Positions 21,194-30,847 are shown, numbered from the stretch's first letter. The stretch: DNA of 64,000 bases from Thermodesulfobacteriota bacterium (GCA_036340075.1 JAYYZJ010000003.1:64001-128000); one strand, 5' to 3'. A program made the numbers and translations. The notes: generated from the sequence alone by a model not told the origin.

Positions 21194-21218
21194 TAATAAA
21201 TCAACAAGGGGGCTTAAA

Positions 21219-22451
21219 ATGGATTCACCGCTAGTGGATTTTGTGTCTGGGAATTTGCAACTTAATCCGTCATCAAAGCATATTGAGGATTTCGTTAAGG
21301 GAGAAATTTTGTATCATGGCTCTATTCAAATTACTCCTTTTAGACATAAAGAATATATTAAAAAGTTTAATAAAAATTATCTTCTTTCAATAGATCGGTC
21401 TGACATGAAAAAAGTTGGCTTGATTGATCCTGACAAAGATTTAAAGAAAAAAAAATTCAATATAGATAATCCGGGATTTGTTAGTCAGGGATATTTGTTC
21501 AATGTTGGTTTTGGTTTAAGTGTTCATGATATCTCATTTAATGCTATAGCCAACTTGTCTTATAAGAATTTAAAATATGGGTCACCAGTTTTTGAGGGGG
21601 ACATACTTTATGCTAAATCAGAAGTACTGGGTATTGAAGTAAAAAAAGATGGTGCTAGCAATGGTTCCGTACAAGTTAAAACGGTAATTACTAACCAAAG
21701 AGATGAAGTAGTATTGGAGTACGTTAGACAGGTTCTTGTGAGAACGAGAAGAGGAGTAACTATTGATGCGCAAACAACTACAGAAGAGCAACCTTCTGGT
21801 ATTGATATTAATGAAATTAATATTCCCTTACAGTATAAAGATTTAAACAGAGAGTTTAATTTTCCTAGAGATACTAAAGTAGGTGGAGATACTGAGGTCA
21901 TTCCTGGAAAAGTTGTGAACTTTAAAACTTTTGAGGAATTTAAAGAGGGAGAGATTTACGAAGGAAATTTTTCAAAGGCAATTAATTTAGTTGACTTCAG
22001 TTGGCTACAAATTAGTACTCTTAACGACGCAAGCATACATCATACTCCTTCATCAAACTTTATAGGCTATGGGGGAGCAGTTAAATCATTAGTCGAAGGC
22101 GAAGTAAGTCATAACATACCATATGCTTATTTCTTAGGTATGAATTCTGGGTCTCATGATGCGCCCACATATCCAATTGACATAGTTCAATCGTCGTTTA
22201 ATTCAGATGATGATGATGATGAAAAAATTATAGGTAGCTTTGAAGTAAAAGAAAAAATTCAAATTAAAGATAGAGATGATTGTGGTGTATTAAAAATAGA
22301 GTTGCGTGGAGATAAAATTGTAACCAAAGCTGGCTTAAGGGCTTACGAAAAAACTGGATTTAAAGGTATAACAAAGATTCAGGATAATTTAATAAGAGTT
22401 TTAACAATGGAGATGCTGATTGCCGTTCCGACAAAGGGAGCCTATAAATAA
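21219..22451 (+). CDS. MaoC-like double-hotdog dehydratase, resembling mesaconyl-CoA hydratase (Mch)
   Basis: Two MaoC starts (IEDFVKGE, FEEFKEGE). Segment G.SV.DIS.NAIANL.Y....PV.EGD.L...SEV.G...G.V.V.T...NQRDEVVLEYVR.V.V recalls Mch. Confidence 0.65.
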   Translation: MDSPLVDFVSGNLQLNPSSKHIEDFVKGEILYHGSIQITPFRHKEYIKKFNKNYLLSIDRSDMKKVGLIDPDKDLKKKKFNIDNPGFVSQGYLFNVGFGLSVHDISFNAIANLSYKNLKYGSPVFEGDILYAKSEVLGIEVKKDGASNGSVQVKTVITNQRDEVVLEYVRQVLVRTRRGVTIDAQTTTEEQPSGIDINEINIPLQYKDLNREFNFPRDTKVGGDTEVIPGKVVNFKTFEEFKEGEIYEGNFSKAINLVDFSWLQISTLNDASIHHTPSSNFIGYGGAVKSLVEGEVSHNIPYAYFLGMNSGSHDAPTYPIDIVQSSFNSDDDDDEKIIGSFEVKEKIQIKDRDDCGVLKIELRGDKIVTKAGLRAYEKTGFKGITKIQDNLIRVLTMEMLIAVPTKGAYK

Positions 22452-24145
22452 TGTCCGACGAGAAATATCCAATTAACGATTTAAACCATCCTGTAACTTA
22501 CAAATGGATAAATGACTTTGATTATGCTTGGAATACTAAAAGTGACCAGAAGAACTGGGTTCTGCCTAAAGTATTAAAAGAACAGGCAAAAAAGATTCCT
22601 GATAAAGAGTTTCTTCAATTTAGCTACAACAAAGCTCTCACCTTTTCCGAGGTAAACAAAAAAGCTAATCAAATTGCAAATTCTCTTGAAAGTTTGGGTG
22701 TCAAAAAGGGTGACAAGGTTTCGGTTTATATGCCTAACTCTTTGGAAATCTGTTTAGCCTGGTTCGGAATACTCAAAAATGGGTCTGTAATGGTCCCTAT
22801 CAATACTGCATATGTTATGGATTTTTTACAATATATAATTGAAAGCTCTGATTCAAAATTAATTATTATTGCCGAAGAATATATGGAAAGGCTAGCAAAC
22901 ATTCAAACAAGAATACCTCTAATAGATAATGTTGTTGTCTGGACACGAAATGGCAAAGACAAATTTGATAGTATGGGCTACAATGCAAAGGAGTGTATTT
23001 CTTGGAAGAAGTTTATAGAACAAGGGGAAGACTCAGAACCACAAGTTGAAATTACTCACTTAGACCATGCAAGACTTATGTACACATCTGGCACTACTGG
23101 AAAATCAAAAGGGGTAGTAAGGCCCTGTGCTGCTGATTTTTCATCAGCTCAAAACTATTCAAGCATAATGGACATCAATCCGGATGATACTGTTTTTACT
23201 TGTCTTCCTCTGTTTCATTCCAATGCAATGGTGATGGGAGTCTATCCTGCTATGATTAGGGGGGCAAAAGTTGTTGTTGAAGAAAAATATTCTGCTAGTA
23301 AGTTCTGGAAATGGATGAAAGATTTTGGCATAACAAAATTTAATCTCGTTGGGGTAATGTCGTATTTTATGTGGAATGCTCCAGAAGTCCCTGAAGAAAA
23401 AGAACATAAAGTTAAACTTGTTTTAGGCAGTCCTGCTCCACATGACATAATAGAAAAATTTATGGATAGATTTAATATACTTTTTATGGAAGGGTACGGT
23501 TTAACTGAAGTTGGACAATGTACCTTTATGAGACCAGGCGAACCTTTTAGGGTAGGATCTTGCGGGAAGGAGTCTCCTGGCTATGAAATTAAGATAGTTA
23601 ATCCTGATACAGATGAGGAACTACCTCGTAATACACCTGGGGAACTTGTTTTAAGGCCTCGCATACCAAACATATGCTTGCATTATTATTATAAGATGCC
23701 AGAAAAAACTGTTTCTGATTTTAGGAACTTATGGTTTCATACCGGTGATTTATGTCGAATGGACCAAGATGGATATATTTTCTTTATGGATAGAGTAAAA
23801 GATTATATTCGTAGAAGAGGAGAAAATATTAGCTCCTTTGAAGTAGAAAATCTTATTTCAACTCACCCTAAGATTGAAGAATCTGCTGCTATTGCAGTAA
23901 AGCTTGACGAACAAGGTAGGCATTCGGAAGACGAATTAATGAGCGTCATTGTTTTAAAACAAGGAGAAAAACTTGACCCAAAGGAATTAATAGAATTCTT
24001 GGAACCAATAATGCCCAAATTTATGATTCCAAGATTCATTAGATTTAGAGATGCTCTTCCAAAAACTCCAACTAATCGAGTTCAGAAAGTCAAACTTAGA
24101 GAAGAAGGTGTAACCAAAGACACCTGGGACGCATTAAAGAAATAA
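22451..24145 (+). CDS. Acyl-CoA synthetase (CaiC-like ATP-dependent CoA ligase)
   Basis: YTSGTTGKSKG, LPLFH.NA, GYGLTE, WFHTGD, DR.KD.IRRRGENISS.EVE and LPKT.T..VQK motifs; coupled to the upstream gene (TAATG). Confidence 0.9.
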   Translation: MSDEKYPINDLNHPVTYKWINDFDYAWNTKSDQKNWVLPKVLKEQAKKIPDKEFLQFSYNKALTFSEVNKKANQIANSLESLGVKKGDKVSVYMPNSLEICLAWFGILKNGSVMVPINTAYVMDFLQYIIESSDSKLIIIAEEYMERLANIQTRIPLIDNVVVWTRNGKDKFDSMGYNAKECISWKKFIEQGEDSEPQVEITHLDHARLMYTSGTTGKSKGVVRPCAADFSSAQNYSSIMDINPDDTVFTCLPLFHSNAMVMGVYPAMIRGAKVVVEEKYSASKFWKWMKDFGITKFNLVGVMSYFMWNAPEVPEEKEHKVKLVLGSPAPHDIIEKFMDRFNILFMEGYGLTEVGQCTFMRPGEPFRVGSCGKESPGYEIKIVNPDTDEELPRNTPGELVLRPRIPNICLHYYYKMPEKTVSDFRNLWFHTGDLCRMDQDGYIFFMDRVKDYIRRRGENISSFEVENLISTHPKIEESAAIAVKLDEQGRHSEDELMSVIVLKQGEKLDPKELIEFLEPIMPKFMIPRFIRFRDALPKTPTNRVQKVKLREEGVTKDTWDALKK

Positions 24146-24159
24146 AGCTTTCTTCTTGT

Positions 24160-24180
24160 ATTAGTTGTACCAGCTAATTT
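24160..24180. terminator. Weak hairpin between convergent genes
   Basis: ATTAGTTG-TAC-CAGCTAAT (one G-U pair) followed by TT. Confidence 0.3.
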
Positions 24181-24199
24181 AACTCAGCCGCTAGAAATA

Positions 24200-25549
24200 C
24201 TACTTATCCCAAGGATACTTTTTTACAGGCTTTTGCTTGTAAGGATTTTTCATATCAGGATTAAAATATTTAAATGTATTTACATGCTGATCAGTATATG
24301 AACCTGGAGGATAATATTTATCATAAAAATCTAAGTCCAAATTCTGAGCCTGAAAAACTAACCTCATATACATAGGGTCGACAAATGCTGGAAATGAACC
24401 ATATGTTTCATATATGTATTCAGCTACCGACTTCACAATTTCTTTTGTTGTGTCAGTAGGCTTCGGAGCCTTAACTAAATGCTTATCTGGTTCCTCATAT
24501 GGAAAAGGCTTTGTATCTTTCCAGGCAGCCCATTTATGCTCATCCATCTTATCAAAAGCTTCCGACATTGATTTATAATACGGTGGACAATATCCTTCAA
24601 ATATTCCGTCTTTACCAACTGGTCTTGTTGGTCCAGCTTTTGGCTGCTCGAATCTAAATCCAAGCCCTTTGAAAAGCTCTGGATTAGAACCAAGGGTAAA
24701 ACGAGGAATCAGTCCTGTAAAAGTCCATCCGCCTAATCCAAGAGCTTGAAGTGCTAACGACATATTTTGACAAATAAATGCTTGTTCAACATTTAAACCT
24801 GTCAATATTCTTACTTCAAGATCATAAAGTGACATTTTAACTTCTTCTTTTATTCTTCCTTTTTCTATCCATTTATCTTGTCCGCAGGAACGGTTATTCT
24901 TGTCATCCCAAATATTGAAGGCATAGGTGCTACTACAATACAGGGTTAAGAGGTTTAAATATTCCTCTGTTATGTCAGTTACTGGAATAAATGTTGTTGT
25001 TCCGGGCTTATTGGTGTTCCATTGATTAAAATCAAACAAGCCAGGCATTTTGTCAGGTAAATTTGCTCTTCCATCTTCTAATTTAACCAGGCCTTCTCTA
25101 TATAGCTCAAGCAATCTTTCAATTTTATCGTTTCTATCAAGTTGAAAGAACATATCAAGTTCTTTGTCTTTGGGTAGCATGTGTTTTACATCTACATAGT
25201 ATAAGCCAGAGTCATTGGTAAAGAACAATTCTGTTCCATGATTGTTACACGCAGACGGCCAAGTTCTTCCTGTCCATTGACACAATAAATCAATCCCATT
25301 TTCTGGAGGCAAGTCTGCTAGACACAAACCTGTTAATCCAGTTCCAGCCCATACCAACATTGCTTCTTGAAACTCTGTCAAAGGTATTGGTGGAATATCA
25401 GATTTGTGAGCCAAGCTGCTATCGGATGGTAGCTCCATTCCTGTTCCAAATCTTCTTGATCTCCTATTAAATATTGCTTCAAACAAAGGATAGTTTAAAG
25501 CTGCATCGTAATTAACTTTCCCATTGGTTTTTCCGTTTTTCTTTGCCAT
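24200..25549 (-). CDS. Uncharacterised nitroreductase/SagB-fold protein
   Basis: AIFNRRSRRF (FMN-binding RRSxR), PLT..QEAMLVWAGTG, RTWPSA and QNMSLALQALGLGG motifs; SD AAGGGAG; large insertions. Confidence 0.6.
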   Translation of the reverse strand: MAKKNGKTNGKVNYDAALNYPLFEAIFNRRSRRFGTGMELPSDSSLAHKSDIPPIPLTEFQEAMLVWAGTGLTGLCLADLPPENGIDLLCQWTGRTWPSACNNHGTELFFTNDSGLYYVDVKHMLPKDKELDMFFQLDRNDKIERLLELYREGLVKLEDGRANLPDKMPGLFDFNQWNTNKPGTTTFIPVTDITEEYLNLLTLYCSSTYAFNIWDDKNNRSCGQDKWIEKGRIKEEVKMSLYDLEVRILTGLNVEQAFICQNMSLALQALGLGGWTFTGLIPRFTLGSNPELFKGLGFRFEQPKAGPTRPVGKDGIFEGYCPPYYKSMSEAFDKMDEHKWAAWKDTKPFPYEEPDKHLVKAPKPTDTTKEIVKSVAEYIYETYGSFPAFVDPMYMRLVFQAQNLDLDFYDKYYPPGSYTDQHVNTFKYFNPDMKNPYKQKPVKKYPWDK

Positions 25550-25575
25550 GATAAATCACACTCCCTTCTTATATT

Positions 25576-25584
25576 ATTATAGCA
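25576..25584 (-). promoter_or_regulatory. Extended -10 promoter for the nitroreductase-like gene
   Basis: TGCTATAAT on the minus strand, 26 nt upstream of the ATG. Confidence 0.55.
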
Positions 25585-25610
25585 AAGGTAAAAACGAGAA
25601 AAAAGGCTTT

Positions 25611-26045
25611 TTAAATTTGTTGTTTTAGCTGGTTTCTCTTGATTTCTTTGATAGCGAGCTTCAAGGTAGAGATGCCCAAAGTAGAACATTTGGGCCTAGA
25701 AAGCGTTAATTCTTCTCCTAAAATATCCGACATTAATTCTGGCCCCATATTTAGAACTTCTTCTATGTCTTTTCCTATAACCATTTCTGATATAATAGAT
25801 GTTCCAGCCTGACTAACTATGCATCCTTCACCTTCAAACTTGAAGTCTTTTATGACTCCATCATCATCTACTTTAAGACAAATGCTAATTATGTCACCAC
25901 ATCCTGGATTGCCTCCCTTCTGGAGCACATCACAGCGACCTGCTTCTACATCTGCATCTTCAATAGTCCCTGTATTCCTAGGATTTTCATAATGGTCTAG
26001 GATGAAGTCCATTAACTCCTGTTTCTCTTGTGATTCGTCGGACAT
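25611..26045 (-). CDS. IscU/SufU-family (U-type) Fe-S scaffold or sulfur-transfer protein
   Basis: ILDHYENPRN.G, NP.CGD, F.G.GC..SQA..S and R.KC motifs (three conserved Cys plus Asp); no LPPVK motif. Confidence 0.85.
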   Translation of the reverse strand: MSDESQEKQELMDFILDHYENPRNTGTIEDADVEAGRCDVLQKGGNPGCGDIISICLKVDDDGVIKDFKFEGEGCIVSQAGTSIISEMVIGKDIEEVLNMGPELMSDILGEELTLSRPKCSTLGISTLKLAIKEIKRNQLKQQI

Positions 26046-26056
26046 TATCTTTCCTG

Positions 26057-26899
26057 CTACTTCTCAATTGGTGCTTGAACTAAGTTGCCCCATTCGGTCC
26101 ACGAGCCATCATAGTTCTTAACATCTTCAAACCCAAGTAGATAAGTTAAAACAAACCAAGTGTGCGAAGATCTTTCTCCAATTCTGCAATAAGCAATAAC
26201 ATCATCTCCAGTCTTAAGTCCTGCACCGTTTTGATAAATTTCAACTAATTCATCTGCTGATTTAAATGTACCGTCTTCATTAGCAGCTGTAGCCCAAGGA
26301 ACACTAGCAGCATTAGGGATGTGTCCTCCTCTTAATGCTCCTTCTTGTGGATATGCTTCCATATGAAGTAGTTCACCAGAATATTCTTTAGGTGAACGAA
26401 CATCAATCAATGGCTTATTTTGATCGCTATGAGCCCTTACATCATCTCTAAAAGCCCTAATTTTAGTGTTTAGGTTGCTTACTTTATAATTTGACGCTGG
26501 AAAATCAGGCTTGTCTTTAACTACTGGCTTACCTTCGTCTATCCACTTTTGTCTTCCCCCATTCATAATAAGACATTTTTCGTGTCCATAAATTTTAAAG
26601 GTCCACAAAGCATAACATGCCCACCAATTACTCTTGTCTCCATAAAAAACAACTGTGTCATCGTTAGTAATGCCTTTTGATGACAACAATGCTTCGAAAT
26701 TTTCTTGATTTACATAGTCTCTTACAAGGCTGTCTTGAAGTTCGGTTTCCCAATCAAGCTTAATTGCTCCTTCAATATGACTAACTTCATAAAGAAGTAT
26801 GTCCTCGTTTGATTCTACAATTTTAATTCCATCTTTGTCCTTGTTTTCTAAAACCCAATCGGTAGTAACAAGAACCTCAGGATGTGCATAATCTGCCAT
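26057..26899 (-). CDS. Tandem-domain rhodanese / thiosulfate sulfurtransferase (CysA/SseA type)
   Basis: LVTTDW, HI.GA, GGR..W, D.RSP.EY.G, GHIP.A, active-site YCRIGERS and C-terminal YDGSWTEW motifs. Confidence 0.92.
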   Translation of the reverse strand: MADYAHPEVLVTTDWVLENKDKDGIKIVESNEDILLYEVSHIEGAIKLDWETELQDSLVRDYVNQENFEALLSSKGITNDDTVVFYGDKSNWWACYALWTFKIYGHEKCLIMNGGRQKWIDEGKPVVKDKPDFPASNYKVSNLNTKIRAFRDDVRAHSDQNKPLIDVRSPKEYSGELLHMEAYPQEGALRGGHIPNAASVPWATAANEDGTFKSADELVEIYQNGAGLKTGDDVIAYCRIGERSSHTWFVLTYLLGFEDVKNYDGSWTEWGNLVQAPIEK

Positions 26900-27049
26900 T
26901 TTTCTTCCCCCCTTTACAATTTTGAGTCTAAATTGACCTAAAAATTGATGATTTAGTATAAAAAAACGCTAGAAACTAATGATACAACAGTTTTTATTTT
27001 TAACAAATTTTTATTTAAAATTCTCATTTTTTTGTATATCATTTCAGAT

Positions 27050-27298
27050 ATGTCAGACGATGGAAACCAAACAGAGCTAGAAGATGGTCTTGAAGCCAAG
27101 CAAGCGGATGAAGCTTTTGATAGTGAAGCTTCTACCGAAGATGAATCAAGCGGAATAGAAGAAGTATTGCCCTATCCTGATAGAGTTCCGAATTCAAAAA
27201 AAGGGGTTTCGCATTCACATTCTTATGTGATGATAGGACTTGTTTTATTGATGGTTCTTTTCAGTTTTATTATTTCGAATTTTACTTTCTCTTATTAA
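27050..27298 (+). CDS. Small acidic protein with a C-terminal TM helix, function unknown
   Basis: MSDDGNQ... strongly acidic N-terminus, then HSHS and a hydrophobic stretch; TATCAT 7 nt before the ATG; overlaps the uvrA 3' end by 54 bp. Confidence 0.55.
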   Translation: MSDDGNQTELEDGLEAKQADEAFDSEASTEDESSGIEEVLPYPDRVPNSKKGVSHSHSYVMIGLVLLMVLFSFIISNFTFSY

Positions 27299-30088
27299 CC
27301 GATTTACATGCTTCTTTAAATATTTCGCAGTAGCAGAATCTAAACATTTCTCAAAATTTTTAGTACTCCCCTGGAAAATTACATGCCCGCCTTCTTCTCC
27401 ACCTTGTGGTCCTAAATCAACAATGTAATCGCTTGCATTTATAATATCTATATTATGCTCAATTATAATTATAGTATTTCCTGCGTCTCTCAATTTATAA
27501 ATTACATTCAATAATTTATCTACGTCAGAAAAATGTAAACCGATTGTTGGCTCATCAAGGATATAAAGACCTTTGCCGGTATTTTTTTTAATTAATTCTT
27601 TTGAAAGCTTAATCCTTTGTGCTTCTCCTCCAGATAAAGTTGTTGCGGGTTGGCCTATTTTTAAATACCCCAAACCTACTGAATTAATTAAATCTATTTT
27701 AGATTTTAATAACGGGAATCCCTTAAAAAAAATTGCGGAATCTTCAAAAGTCATATCTAAAACATCTGCTATGTTTTTATCCTTATATCTAATCTTTAAA
27801 GTTTCAAGATCAAACCTTTTACCCTGGCAGGATTCGCATTGCACTGTAACATCAGGCAAAAAGTTCATTTCGATTTTAATGCTTCCGCCTCCAGAGCACT
27901 CTTCGCAACTTCCTTCCTTAATATTAAAACTAAACCTACCTGGCAAAAATCCCTTCATACGTGATTCTTGCAAAGATGAAAAAATTTCTCTTATCGAGGA
28001 ATAAATTCCCGTATATGTTGCGGGATTGGATCTCGGGGTCCTTCCTATAGGTGACTGATCGATATTGATTATTTTCTCAAAGTATTCAAAACCTTGAATG
28101 GATTCAACAAAGGGAAAGATTTTTTTGTTTAGTTTTTTTGGAGACATAGATAAAATTTTAAAAATTGTATCTACAGCTAAAGAACTTTTTCCGGAACCCG
28201 AGACTCCAGTTATACAGGAAATTTTTCCAATAGGTATTCGAACATCAATTGATTTTAAATTGTTAAGACTTGCACCAAATATCTCTAAATGCTCTTCGTT
28301 GAAACTATTAGATCGATTTATATTAACTTTTTTCTTTCCTGATAGATATTGTCCCGTAATGGATAATTTGTTTTTTACTATGTCAGCAATCATTCCCTTT
28401 GCTACAATTTCTCCACCATTGGTTCCGGCTCCGGGTCCAATATCTATAATGTAGTCTCCGGTCCTAATAGTCTCTTCATCGTGCTCAACCACTATTACGG
28501 TATTGCCTCGTTTCTTTAATTCCCTAAGAGATTTTTGCAACATATCATTGTCCCTAGGGTGTAGGCCAATGGTTGGCTCATCAAGAACATATGTTACACC
28601 GGTAAGTTTGGCTCCAAGCTGTGAAGCCAATCGAATTCTTTGTGCTTCACCTCCTGATAATGTTGGTGCAGTACGATTTAAAGTTAGATAGTCTAATCCA
28701 ACATTAGATAAAAATTCTAGCCTGCTTAAGAGTTCGCTTTGAAGTTGGTCCCATATTTTTTGTTTCTCTTTTTTAAATTTTATTTTCTGGAAAAATTTAT
28801 AGCAATCTTTTACTGAGAGGGAACAAATATCAAATATGTTTAAATTATCTATAAATACATTAAGCGCATAATTGTTCAATCTGCTCCCCTTGCATTCATC
28901 ACAAGGTTCTGTTTTTTGATAAGTCTTTAAAAAAGTTTTTGTTTCTTCGGACCGTGACGAATCATACCATTCTTGTAGAATGTTTATAATTCCATTGAAT
29001 TTGTTTTTTTCATTTTCATATTCTTTGATAAAGCTTGCTATTGTTTTATTGTAAGCTCCGTAAAAAATCAAACTTCTGTCTTTCGCTGACAATTCAACAA
29101 ATGGAATATCATCCTTAATTTTGTTTTTATCAATAAAGTCTTTTAATAATTTTTTATACAATTGTGAATCTTTTATTGGTTGAATTGCTCCTTCGTTTAT
29201 AGATTTATTTAAATCAGGAACAATCAACGCCTCATCAAAATATTCAAACTGACCAATTCCATCACACTTCTTGCAGCAACCATAAGGACTATTGAAAGAA
29301 AAAAGTCTAGGGGAAACTTCTGGTAAGGAAATCCCGCAATTACTACAAGCTAAACTTTGGTTAAAAATCTTTCTTTCTAATTCTGTCTCTACAAGAACAA
29401 TTCCTTCTCCATACTTTAATGCTGTTTCAATTGATTCAGCTAATCTCTTATAGTTTTTCGATGCTACTTTAACGCTATCGACGTAGACATGGATATCGTG
29501 CTTCTTTTGTTTCTCTAAAACTATATTTTCATTTAGATATCTTATTTGGCCATTAATTCTTACGCTAGAAAACAACTTAGATACGAAGGAAATCTCATTT
29601 TTAAACTCGCCTTTCTTTCCCATAGCAATAGGGAAATAAATCTCTATGGTCTGACCTTGTAAGTTTTTTGTTAAAGAGTCAAGCATTGATTGTAAAGTTG
29701 TTTCTTGAACTGGATTGTTGCATTCGTAGCAATTTATACTTCCCAACCTAGCGAACATTAATCTAATAAAATCGTAAATCTCTGTTACAGTTGCAACAGT
29801 TGACCGTGGGTTACGCATAAAAGTTTTTTGATCAACTGAAACTGAAGGGGAAAGCCCTGATACATATTCCAAGTCTGGTTTTTTAAACCTGTCAACAAAT
29901 TGTCGTGCATAATTTGATAAGGACTCTAAATATCTTCTTTGGCCTTCAGCAAATATTGTGTCAAAAGCTAGAGTAGATTTACCCGAGCCGCTTATTCCGG
30001 TTAAGATAGTAACCTCGCCTCTGGGAATATCGATATCGATATCTTTTAAATTGTTTTCTTTTACTCCTTTAAGGGTTATTTGTTTCAC
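27245..30088 (-). CDS. uvrA: Excinuclease ABC subunit A
   Basis: Two ABC ATPase modules (GISGSGKS, GVSGSGKS, LSGGEAQRI twice), zinc fingers, and DQSPIGRTPRSNPATY. Confidence 0.96.
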   Translation of the reverse strand: MKQITLKGVKENNLKDIDIDIPRGEVTILTGISGSGKSTLAFDTIFAEGQRRYLESLSNYARQFVDRFKKPDLEYVSGLSPSVSVDQKTFMRNPRSTVATVTEIYDFIRLMFARLGSINCYECNNPVQETTLQSMLDSLTKNLQGQTIEIYFPIAMGKKGEFKNEISFVSKLFSSVRINGQIRYLNENIVLEKQKKHDIHVYVDSVKVASKNYKRLAESIETALKYGEGIVLVETELERKIFNQSLACSNCGISLPEVSPRLFSFNSPYGCCKKCDGIGQFEYFDEALIVPDLNKSINEGAIQPIKDSQLYKKLLKDFIDKNKIKDDIPFVELSAKDRSLIFYGAYNKTIASFIKEYENEKNKFNGIINILQEWYDSSRSEETKTFLKTYQKTEPCDECKGSRLNNYALNVFIDNLNIFDICSLSVKDCYKFFQKIKFKKEKQKIWDQLQSELLSRLEFLSNVGLDYLTLNRTAPTLSGGEAQRIRLASQLGAKLTGVTYVLDEPTIGLHPRDNDMLQKSLRELKKRGNTVIVVEHDEETIRTGDYIIDIGPGAGTNGGEIVAKGMIADIVKNKLSITGQYLSGKKKVNINRSNSFNEEHLEIFGASLNNLKSIDVRIPIGKISCITGVSGSGKSSLAVDTIFKILSMSPKKLNKKIFPFVESIQGFEYFEKIINIDQSPIGRTPRSNPATYTGIYSSIREIFSSLQESRMKGFLPGRFSFNIKEGSCEECSGGGSIKIEMNFLPDVTVQCESCQGKRFDLETLKIRYKDKNIADVLDMTFEDSAIFFKGFPLLKSKIDLINSVGLGYLKIGQPATTLSGGEAQRIKLSKELIKKNTGKGLYILDEPTIGLHFSDVDKLLNVIYKLRDAGNTIIIIEHNIDIINASDYIVDLGPQGGEEGGHVIFQGSTKNFEKCLDSATAKYLKKHVNRLIRESKIRNNKTEKNHQ

Positions 30089-30100
30089 GGCTAGTCCTAA

Positions 30101-30772
30101 TCAATTTTTTCGTATAAGCCATTTGAAGATATCCATATCGAATTTGGACTTTGAGAGCTCTGGATGCCACTGGACAGCCAAAATTTTTCCATTAGGGCTT
30201 TCGATTGCCTCCACAATAGAATCTGAAGTTTGTGCGGATGCTACTAAGGGTCTTGGGATTTTATCAACTGCTTGATGATGAAAACTATTAACGGATACTT
30301 TTTCTTTTTTTACAATTTTTTTCAACAAAGAAGATTTTTCAATCTCTACAACATGTTTTTTGCCTCCGGCATGTTTGATTGAATTTGGAACTAAGGATTT
30401 TATGTCTTGAAAAAGTGTTCCTCCTAAGCATACATTTATAAGTTGCATTCCTCCGCATATTCCCAAAATTTTTTTATTTTTTTTCCTTATATTGTTTATA
30501 AATAGAATTTCACTTTTTGTCCTATTTAAATCTAGTGGGTTAATTTTTTTAGTTGCCTTTTGTCTATAAAAGCGAGGGTCAATATCTCGGCTTCCGGATA
30601 CTATTAGTGCATCAATATTCCTTGCAAGTAATTCAACATCTTTTTTAGAAATAGCCATAGGAAGATAAAAAGGTACCCCACCTGCTTTAAGAATCATCTC
30701 AGAATAAAATTTTTCTGATTCAAAAAATTTTCCTTTAATATCACAGGTTATGCCAACCACAGTTTTTCCCAT
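30101..30772 (-). CDS. Gamma-glutamyl-gamma-aminobutyrate hydrolase family (peptidase C26, PuuD-like)
   Basis: DIDP..Y, ILGIC.G.Q.INV..GGTL.QD, VNSFHHQ and VQWHPE (Cys-His-Glu triad). Confidence 0.85.
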   Translation of the reverse strand: MGKTVVGITCDIKGKFFESEKFYSEMILKAGGVPFYLPMAISKKDVELLARNIDALIVSGSRDIDPRFYRQKATKKINPLDLNRTKSEILFINNIRKKNKKILGICGGMQLINVCLGGTLFQDIKSLVPNSIKHAGGKKHVVEIEKSSLLKKIVKKEKVSVNSFHHQAVDKIPRPLVASAQTSDSIVEAIESPNGKILAVQWHPELSKSKFDMDIFKWLIRKN

Positions 30773-30847
30773 ATTACTATTATTGTTTATTTTTAATTAA
30801 TTGAAAATCTTTTAATTGTTAAATAAATAATATAAGATTAGAAAATT

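Noticed and set aside
22206..22220. (GAT)5 repeat as a phase-variation site
   Set aside because: It is an in-frame triplet encoding an Asp run, so slippage would not shift the frame.
24200..25549. RiPP (azole) biosynthetic cluster around the SagB-like gene
   Set aside because: No YcaO, E1-like protein, precursor peptide or exporter nearby.
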